Source: a bacterium
GTDB lineage: Bacteria; Patescibacteriota; Minisyncoccia; JAUYLV01
DNA length: 64,000 bases
Direction: 5' to 3'
Assembly (NCBI GenBank): GCA_030649025.1
Contig: JAUSGO010000031.1
Coordinates: 9,745 to 73,744 of the forward strand
This document shows, in pieces, positions 57,259-64,000 of the stretch. Within the stretch, counting starts at the first letter, position 1. Every line of letters begins with the position of its first letter. The notes below the pieces were generated by a model that worked only from the letters and a program-made list of their open reading frames with translations, did no database searches and had not been told where the DNA came from. The translations under genes and the position numbers were made by a program.

Positions 57259-57630
57259 TTATCCCAGAATCGATTTAACTTTGTCCACCACTTCCTGCGG
57301 CGTAAAATGCGCTTTAACCACATAGGATACGGCGCCGAGCGCCTTCCCTTTTTCAATATCTTCTTTCTGTCCAAGATTGGTCAACATCATCACCGGCACT
57401 GCCGAGATTGTAGGATCCTTTTTGAGCGCGGCCAAAACCTCAAATCCGTCCATTTCCGGAATAAGTACGTCGAGCAAAACCACGTCGGGCATCCATTCTT
57501 TTGCTTTGGCAAGACCATCTTTGCCGGTCATGGCAACCTCGCAGGCATACCCCTGCTTTTCAAATTTGGTCACGTACATCTCGGAGATGAACGGATCATC
57601 TTCAACCAATAATATCTTTTTTTTATCCAT
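57259..57630 (-). CDS. Single-domain response regulator (receiver)
   Basis: LLVEDD, LLD..P.MDG, LTN, K. Confidence 0.92.
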   Translation of the reverse strand: MDKKKILLVEDDPFISEMYVTKFEKQGYACEVAMTGKDGLAKAKEWMPDVVLLDVLIPEMDGFEVLAALKKDPTISAVPVMMLTNLGQKEDIEKGKALGAVSYVVKAHFTPQEVVDKVKSILG

Positions 57631-57681
57631 ATGGGTGCGTTACGCTTAGAAGTAAACTGGGTTCCGCATTTAAAAATTTTA

Positions 57682-59460
57682 TCACTCTTCCACTTCCGTT
57701 TCTACGGTCTGCAACACCTCCTCAAGCGTGGTAAATCCCTGCAGGACTTTTTGGAGACCATCTTGCTTCATGGTAACCATATTCTGACGCCTGGCTTCTT
57801 CCTGAAGTTTTTCTTCGGTAACGCCGGAAAGCACGATGCGCTCAAGCTGGGGGGTCATCGTGAGCATTTCATAAATAGCAATTCTCCCCTTCAACCCTTT
57901 ATTGCCGCATTTCTTGCAACCCTTAGCTTCCCATAGCTTAAGCGGGGGAACAAGGGATATGATGGATTTATTCTCTTCGGGCAGGCTCTGCAATTCTTTC
58001 AAGATAAGATCTTCTTTTTCTTTTGGAGCGGGAACCTGGATTCTGCAGTCCTGGCATAATTTTCGCACAAGCCGCTGTGCTACGGCAAGAAGTATGGAAG
58101 AAGGAAGCAGAAACGGCTGAACACCCATGTCAATGAGACGCGGAAAAACGCCCAGAGCATCGTTCGTGTGGAGCGTAGACAGCACGAGGTGTCCCGTAAG
58201 CGCGGCGTGCACCGCAAGTTCCGCCGTTTCGTTGTCTCGAATTTCGCCGACCATGATGATGTCGGGGTCCTGGCGCAAAATTGAACGGAGACCCGAGGCA
58301 AAAGTATAGTCCACTTCCGGCTGGATCTGCGACTGGTTGATGCCTTCGATAAAATACTCCACCGGATCCTCCAGCGAGATGATGTTCACGCCTTCTTCGT
58401 TGAGCGTGCTGAAAACCGAGTATAGCGTTGTCGTCTTGCCCGATCCGGTGGGACCCGTGATGAGCATCATGCCGAAAGGCTTGTCGATGGCCAGTTCCAG
58501 AAGCCGCAGATTCCTTCCCTGAAGACCCAATCCCTCAAAAGTCTTGATCCCCACGATAGGATCCAAAATACGCAGTACTGCCTTCTCGCCAGTTACCGTA
58601 GGCAGAATGGAGACGCGGAAATCGATCTTCCGGTTTTCCAGCCTGGTGTGGAAACGGCCGTCCTGGGGCTTTCGCGTTTCGTCTATTTTGAGATTCGAGA
58701 GGATTTTGATGCGCGCGGTTACCGCCGCATGCACCTGCTTGGGAAGAATGATGGACGTATGCAACACGCCGTCCACCCGGAACCGCACGCGCACTTCTTT
58801 CTCTATGGGCTCTATGTGAATATCGGACGCCCTCCCTTCAATGGCATGCTTCAAAATTACGGCCACCATTTTGGTGATAGGAGCCTCTTCACCAAGCTCT
58901 TCTTCTCCTTTTTTCTTGGAAGCCGCCAATGCCGCCCCTCCGGCATCTTTCTCCTTTCCGGATGCGATTTCATGCTGTAACTCCTCGAGCGCTTTTTCAA
59001 CTTCGCCCTTAAGCGTTCTGTATTGTTTCAGGATGTCCAGAAAATCCTGCGGGCTCACCAAAAATATCTTGGCGACAAGCCCGAGCCGCAGAGCTATGAA
59101 TTGCAGAGCCTCCTGCGCCACGACATCTTCCGGCGACAGCATGCCTACTTCAAGGATACGCGCGGCCTTATCGACTTTGATGGGAAAGAACCGGTAGTGT
59201 TTCGCCGCCTCTTCGGGAATCTCGCGCAATGTTTCATAATTTGCCTGAAAACCGGCAAGATCCCGATACGGAAATCCTGAAAATTTTGATTTTGCTTCCA
59301 GGAGTTTTTTTTCGTCAATAAGCCGCCGCGCATAGATGATCTCCATCGCGTCTTTATCTTCATCTTTTTCCGCTTTTATAATTTCTTTGCAGACATCCTC
59401 ATCGAGCAGTTTCTCTGCAACCAGGTATTCAAGAAAAGTTTTTTGAGAATCGGAAACCAC
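57682..59460 (-). CDS. pilB: Type IV pilus assembly ATPase
   Basis: ASDIHIEP, PQDGR, GPTGSGKT, LRQDPD, HAALTGH, CxxC..CxxC. Confidence 0.93.
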   Translation of the reverse strand: MVSDSQKTFLEYLVAEKLLDEDVCKEIIKAEKDEDKDAMEIIYARRLIDEKKLLEAKSKFSGFPYRDLAGFQANYETLREIPEEAAKHYRFFPIKVDKAARILEVGMLSPEDVVAQEALQFIALRLGLVAKIFLVSPQDFLDILKQYRTLKGEVEKALEELQHEIASGKEKDAGGAALAASKKKGEEELGEEAPITKMVAVILKHAIEGRASDIHIEPIEKEVRVRFRVDGVLHTSIILPKQVHAAVTARIKILSNLKIDETRKPQDGRFHTRLENRKIDFRVSILPTVTGEKAVLRILDPIVGIKTFEGLGLQGRNLRLLELAIDKPFGMMLITGPTGSGKTTTLYSVFSTLNEEGVNIISLEDPVEYFIEGINQSQIQPEVDYTFASGLRSILRQDPDIIMVGEIRDNETAELAVHAALTGHLVLSTLHTNDALGVFPRLIDMGVQPFLLPSSILLAVAQRLVRKLCQDCRIQVPAPKEKEDLILKELQSLPEENKSIISLVPPLKLWEAKGCKKCGNKGLKGRIAIYEMLTMTPQLERIVLSGVTEEKLQEEARRQNMVTMKQDGLQKVLQGFTTLEEVLQTVETEVEE

Positions 59461-59586
59461 ATGAATAGCTTTTAGCTTATGGCTTATGGCTTTTAGGGAA
59501 TATCATTGTGCCCTATAAGCTATAAGCTGTAAGCTATGCGCTGTTTATTGCTCATAGCAATCCAAAATCAAAGATAGTCCGAAACT

Positions 59587-60021
59587 TCACAATGGCAATT
59601 CAAAAGACAAAGAGGGCTCCGGAGTAAAAGTCGGCGGAGAAGATGTAACTGAAAGAACGGGGGTCGCCAGTGATTGCTTCAAAAAAGGATTTGGGTTCCC
59701 TTTTTCCGGAACGGTTACGGGATTATCTTTTGAATATGTTCTCAATTCCTTAAACAGCTCGCTCTTCACCACCTCGGTATCGAGTTTTATGCGCCCAATG
59801 TCGAGAGCGGGAACGGTTCTCGAACCTCCGCGAGAAGTTTGGGATTGGGGAACAGCCTGGGTTTGAGAAGAAACTTCTTGGCTAGATAACAGGGCGGGAG
59901 AGTAAAAAAATACGCGATACACGATAATGCCGGCCACTATGAAGAATGTACCGGCAATAATAAGCAGGCGTTTTTGTTTCGGATCTTTTAATTGAGACTG
60001 GAAGTTTGTTTGAAAGGCCAC
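59587..60021 (-). CDS. Single-TM protein in the PilP position
   Basis: TM helix and GNPNPF motif; located between pilO and pilB. Confidence 0.65.
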   Translation of the reverse strand: MAFQTNFQSQLKDPKQKRLLIIAGTFFIVAGIIVYRVFFYSPALLSSQEVSSQTQAVPQSQTSRGGSRTVPALDIGRIKLDTEVVKSELFKELRTYSKDNPVTVPEKGNPNPFLKQSLATPVLSVTSSPPTFTPEPSLSFELPL

Positions 60022-60109
60022 ACGAATAGCTTTTAGCTTTTAGCTTTTAGCTTTTAGGGGGACGGCGCGGTCAGTTCCTATAAGCTACGGGCTATGAGCT
60101 ATGAGCCGC

Positions 60110-60670
60110 TTATGTTTGTAGACCGTAGTACATGCGCACACTTAGATTAAAAGTGAAGAGTTGTGATCCTTCCCCTGACGGAACCGAGAATTGCAGCGCC
60201 CACACGTCTATGATGCGAAGTTCTTTTTCAAGAGCTTTCAGGAACCCGTCCAACGCTTCATAACTTCCCGTCACGGAGATGCTTGCTTGCATCGTCTGAT
60301 ACGGGAGGGATCCTTGGGTCTTCGATCTCGTTGTTGCGTCCAATGCGGTCTCGCTGACATTAAAAGAGATGTCGTCAAGCGTCATGCCGTTTTGCGAGGC
60401 TATTTCCGGAATTTCGACAAGAAGATTCGGAATATCGGGCATTGGGGGGAAGATCTGCGCGACTTTTGATGCAACATCTTCCACTTCGCGATACTGGGCT
60501 TCAAGATTTTTAATCTTGGATACGAGAAGCTGTTTTTCCTGCAACGCCTCTTCGGCCTGGGTGCGCGCGACCTTCGCTTCTCCGAGACCTCGGTATTCGG
60601 GCAATACCAACCACACTACCACTGCAATGGTACCGAGGGACAGGAGAGCAATGAAGAGTTTTTTGAGCAT
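60110..60670 (-). CDS. pilO: Type IV pilus assembly protein PilO
   Basis: TM, coiled coil, VTGSYEAL..FL..LE...RII. Confidence 0.85.
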   Translation of the reverse strand: MLKKLFIALLSLGTIAVVVWLVLPEYRGLGEAKVARTQAEEALQEKQLLVSKIKNLEAQYREVEDVASKVAQIFPPMPDIPNLLVEIPEIASQNGMTLDDISFNVSETALDATTRSKTQGSLPYQTMQASISVTGSYEALDGFLKALEKELRIIDVWALQFSVPSGEGSQLFTFNLSVRMYYGLQT

Positions 60671-60764
60671 GTACGACGCATCGATACGAATATACGAATT
60701 ACTGATGATGCGGATGAAATCCCGTTCGTATAATCCGCATCATTGGTATATTGGCATCGATGCT
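60671..60764. repeat. Palindromic intergenic element
   Basis: GCATCGAT/ATCGATGC outer stem and ATGATGCGGAT/ATCCGCATCAT inner stem. Confidence 0.65.
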
Positions 60765-61364
60765 CTATTGCGCTAATACCGCCTTCTTATCAAACGTGAG
60801 CGTTGCGCTGAATGTATTGCCACCATCTTCCTTTCCAATTTCGAATGACGACATGCCGCCGCTTTTAATTTTCGGATCGTGGCGATATATCACCATCTGC
60901 CGCGCAAGATCGAGAAGCGTCGGAGCGCTTCCTTGCAATTCTATGCGGACAATTTCATCCCCCGTTGCGCCAGATGCGCTTTCGGCTCCAAAAGAAACGT
61001 TCATGCTGTCATAAAATACCGTAGGAAGCGTCACTTCTCCCACCAAAGGAATAATTCTGGAGAGATATACGTGTGAGCGGAGAATCGTGGAGAGCGCATT
61101 GATGCGCTTTTCAAAAATAAAGATCTCTGATTCAAGTTTTTTGTTGCGCGTACGCTCCAGATCGTCCGTATGGCCATGGATCAATTCGGTATCCGAAGAG
61201 ATCTTCACGCGAAAAGAGAACAGCGCCGCATACACGACAAACGAGAGGCCGAACAGCGTAAGAAGTATAATAACGCCCGGACCGTACGCCGTCTGCCGTT
61301 CGGCAACGATAAAACCGCTGGAGGATGTTTCTTTTTTCGATTCGGATTGGAAGAGAAGAGGCAT
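60765..61364 (-). CDS. pilN: PilN-like protein
   Basis: TM, coiled coil and ferredoxin-like C-terminus; located between pilM and pilO. Confidence 0.7.
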   Translation of the reverse strand: MPLLFQSESKKETSSSGFIVAERQTAYGPGVIILLTLFGLSFVVYAALFSFRVKISSDTELIHGHTDDLERTRNKKLESEIFIFEKRINALSTILRSHVYLSRIIPLVGEVTLPTVFYDSMNVSFGAESASGATGDEIVRIELQGSAPTLLDLARQMVIYRHDPKIKSGGMSSFEIGKEDGGNTFSATLTFDKKAVLAQ

Positions 61365-61654
61365 GCCAATGTCGTCTAACCCAGCCGTCTAAGCTCTAAA
61401 AAATAGCTTCGGGCTGAATGATAGTACATTATTTTTCTTGATGATTTATTTTTCTTTTTATGTATAGACGGCTGGGTTAGCTACGACGTTGAGCACCCCG
61501 CCCTCTAAGCCATTTTAATATATTCTCGGAAATCTTTCTCGCCTTCTTGCCAAAGCGGCTCTTGTCTACACATCCCTATCGCATAGAGGGCGGGGTAAGG
61601 TTTTGTTCCTGCGTTTCGTTCGCAACAAAGCGCTTCGAAACGCAGACAAAGCCC
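61365..61654 (-). mobile_element. Three-hairpin stop-to-start element, copy 2 (decayed GIY-YIG remnant)
   Basis: Fills the whole pilM-pilN gap. Central stem identical to copy 1; the loop encodes an ALARRRERF remnant. Confidence 0.8.
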
Positions 61655-62869
61655 TTATATTTCCTTCATTGCAAGCCCTGCGGCATTGGCAAGCTCGGGA
61701 CCGATAAGCCCGGAGACGGGAACAAGATCTTTAGGAAGCGAAATGTGGGAAAAAGGGCTAACCGTTTGCACGGACAGGCGAAGGCGGGATGCGAAATACT
61801 CATCAAGTCCCCTAAGTAGTGCGGTGTTTCCCGAAAGGATCAGGCGGGTTATCTGCCTGGAACTTGTTTTCCAATATGCAGACATCACCCGCTCGACTTC
61901 ACGCGCAAGAGCTTCAAGCAACGGCAAGTATGCGGTGACTATTTCTTTTTCTCCGCCGCTTGCATAAAGCCCGAAGGTCTGCTTGTAACTTTCCGCCCGC
62001 TCCATATCCGTTCCCAAAGCCCGGGAGCATGCCCGGGTAAAATCGCTCGATGCGATGCCGACATGATGGGCGATGCGCAAAGATCCTTCGTCAAAAACCG
62101 CAATACTCGAAGAAAATGCGCCCATATCGAGCAGGAGAACTGCCGTCTTTTCATCCAGAGCTCCGGCGCGCGCAAGAGCAAAAGATTCTATTTCAAGACC
62201 CATCAACGTAAGTTCCGACAATTGGGCGATGCGCACATATTTCTGCACCATGTCCCGCGGAGCTGCCATAAGTAAAACCTTGGTGCCTTGGTGCTTCGGG
62301 CTAAAAGACGGTGTTTCTTTTTGAGACTGTGTTGACGCGTTCTTTTCTTCCATTGTCATCGCGCCACCGACATTCTGCGTCCTTGGAGATTGGTCCGTAA
62401 GAGAATTGGGTAGAGCGGGTTCTGCCCGGGTAAGATCGGATTTTTTTGTTGTCTCTACGATCTTCCAATCAAGGACCACCTCGGAGATGGGAATGGGTAT
62501 ATACTCGCGCGCCTGGAGCGGAACTGCATTTGCCATCGCCTTCTCGTCAAGAATCGGCATTTCCATAATGGTCACGAACGTTGAAAAAATTGGCAGAGAC
62601 ATGACCGCGGTATCGGTTGTGAACCCGGATTCTTTTATGAGAAATTTTATGTACTGCGCTATTCGGGCTTCTTCCAGATCAAATAGAAGACCTCGGACAC
62701 TTTCATCTCCCGGCGAGCGTTTTGGAGCCAGCACCGCGTAATTTAAAAGATTGAAATGGCTATTGGATTCCCGCCGGAGCTCCACGATCTTAATTGATGA
62801 CGTGCCAATATCAATGCCGAGCACCGATGTAACGCGTTTCTTGAATATGAAATCAAGTGGATTGAACAT
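61655..62869 (-). CDS. pilM: Type IV pilus assembly protein PilM
   Basis: GIDIGTSSIK, YIPIP, LLDMGA, ILSG.. actin-like fold. Confidence 0.9.
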   Translation of the reverse strand: MFNPLDFIFKKRVTSVLGIDIGTSSIKIVELRRESNSHFNLLNYAVLAPKRSPGDESVRGLLFDLEEARIAQYIKFLIKESGFTTDTAVMSLPIFSTFVTIMEMPILDEKAMANAVPLQAREYIPIPISEVVLDWKIVETTKKSDLTRAEPALPNSLTDQSPRTQNVGGAMTMEEKNASTQSQKETPSFSPKHQGTKVLLMAAPRDMVQKYVRIAQLSELTLMGLEIESFALARAGALDEKTAVLLLDMGAFSSSIAVFDEGSLRIAHHVGIASSDFTRACSRALGTDMERAESYKQTFGLYASGGEKEIVTAYLPLLEALAREVERVMSAYWKTSSRQITRLILSGNTALLRGLDEYFASRLRLSVQTVSPFSHISLPKDLVPVSGLIGPELANAAGLAMKEI

Positions 62870-63110
62870 GCTAATGTCGTCTAAAATTATAAGCGGAGCT
62901 CATGGCGTAGCGCAATAATTTTATCTACGACATTGAGCACCCCCTCACTCATCCTTGCGAGAGTTTTTCGATATACAAAACCAGTGAGCCGCAGGCGGCT
63001 TCGCCTTTTCAGCTACATATAGCGAAAATGTCTTGCCGGGATGAGTGAGGGGGTAAAGAGCGTGTTGCTGAAATCCTTTCACGCAGAGGCGCTCGGGATT
63101 TCAGACACGC
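62870..63110 (-). mobile_element. Three-hairpin element, copy 3 (between the promoter and the pilM ATG)
   Basis: GCGTGT-CTGAAATCC/GGATTTCAG-CA-ACACGC; ACCCCCTCACTCATCC/GGATGAGTGAGGGGGT; AATGTCGT-AG..ACGACATT, followed by AGC-ATG. Confidence 0.8.
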
Positions 63111-63114
63111 TTAT

Positions 63115-63123
63115 ACTATACCA
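63115..63123 (-). promoter_or_regulatory. Extended -10 promoter of the pil operon
   Basis: TGG-TATAGT immediately upstream of element copy 3. Confidence 0.55.
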
Positions 63124-63200
63124 CGAAAGACGGATATGAGACGACGGGCTATCCACATAGCCTATTGGCGTAGCAATACAATAAGAGTCTCAATAAGTCA

Positions 63201-63226
63201 AAATCCCGCAGAACATTGCGGGATTT
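63201..63226 (-). terminator. Terminator hairpin
   Basis: AAATCCCGCA/TGCGGGATTT followed by T residues on the minus strand. Confidence 0.65.
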
Positions 63227-63253
63227 CGGCTCATTGAACGAATTTCCAATAAT

Positions 63254-64000
63254 TTACTCCACTATATTTGGAAGAATGGATGTCCGTGTGCCCGTAGGCT
63301 CATCGGGAAAGGGAGTCGGGGTTTGAGCCGAACTGTCTTCTGCGGATTCATGAGAGGAGTCTGCCGACAGAATGTCGGAAGAAGACGGCGAGTCCTCCTG
63401 AAAAGTCTGGGAGGAGCCGGAAGAAACGCTTGAAGCGCTTTCCGGAATCAAAATCTCTTCCGCGGTCGATTGCGCCTCCATGGAAACGGCCTTTGCGTCC
63501 TCAAAAATCGGCAAGGACGAGCTTGCAGTGTCAAATGTTGAAAGAAGAACCGTATAGGCACGGGCGGTTTCATCAAGTTTTTCGGCCTTCTCCCGAGCAA
63601 GATCCTCGTTACCGCTCGCCTGCATCTGTTTGACCGCAAAAGAAGAATCACCCAAAGCCTTGGTGTAGCGTTGAAGCGTCTGAGCAATGAGCGCCGTCTG
63701 CCTCTCACTATGAGCTTCGATCGTGGCTTCCCGGGATAGCAACGTTAATTCTTGGATGCGTTCTTGCGCAACCGCTAAACCGTAATCGGCTTTTTGTTCC
63801 TCCGTAAACACCAGCGCTTCTTTTACCCTCTCCTTCGCCAATTTGATCGGATATAAGGCGCTCGAGGGTGAGATTTCGGACATACCGGCTCCCAGTACCA
63901 TGCCAATGCCTCCTACGAACAGTGCCAATAACAATCCCGCCATGACGATTTGAGGCTTGGCGAGGCTTCGAAAGAGGGCTAAAACAGAGTATGCGGAATT
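63254..64000 (-). CDS. DUF5667-domain membrane protein (5' end beyond the window)
   Basis: SPSSALYPIKLAKE..AQERIQE motif and a Ser-rich tail; the frame stays open to 64000. Confidence 0.75.
   Translation of the reverse strand, partial: NSAYSVLALFRSLAKPQIVMAGLLLALFVGGIGMVLGAGMSEISPSSALYPIKLAKERVKEALVFTEEQKADYGLAVAQERIQELTLLSREATIEAHSERQTALIAQTLQRYTKALGDSSFAVKQMQASGNEDLAREKAEKLDETARAYTVLLSTFDTASSSLPIFEDAKAVSMEAQSTAEEILIPESASSVSSGSSQTFQEDSPSSSDILSADSSHESAEDSSAQTPTPFPDEPTGTRTSILPNIVE

Noticed and set aside
61370-61490. Integron attC site (GTCTAAC...GTTAGCT)
   Set aside because: The AAC/GTT core is not kept in the other copies (TAAA/TTTA), there is no cassette array, and no integrase is present in the window.

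Overview
A ~50% GC bacterial chromosome segment that reads as Patescibacteria/CPR (Parcubacteria-like). This is inferred from gene content: DUF5667 proteins, TrbC/VirB2-like pilins, stand-alone SWIB, split transketolase and a full type IV pilus operon. Most genes are on the minus strand. Housekeeping content includes a MoxR-DUF58-BatD-like locus, uvrC, rplU, rplY, a pentose-phosphate/glycolysis cluster (gap, rpiB, rpe, split tkt, PfkB kinase), a frameshifted gdh, trxB, ROK kinase, xseAB, clpB, hrpA, ispH, rpoD, dnaG, htpX/lemA, a Zn/Mn ABC permease and ATPase, GH1, and pilMNO-pilB-RR-pilT-pilC plus pilins. RNA genes are tRNA-Ser(GGA) and a tRNA-Asn(GTT) split by an HNH-encoding group I intron. 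The most striking signal is non-coding. (i) A family of hairpin elements has CCCC(C/G)CAC...GTG(A/T/C)GGGG termini; three carry 4-bp target duplications, and their only protein cargo is a ~70-90 aa GIY-YIG nuclease. They sit in a -35 box, a DnaA box and the prepilin GFT motif. (ii) A conserved, co-varying three-hairpin composite element exactly fills the space between a stop codon (or leaderless promoter) and the next ATG; its central loop holds an intact or decayed GIY-YIG gene. (iii) A ~460-nt highly structured region without a convincing long ORF lies behind a consensus sigma70 promoter. (iv) Heptamer repeat arrays invade coding sequences and frameshift gdh. All family assignments come from motif recognition by eye; no database searches or folding programs were run.
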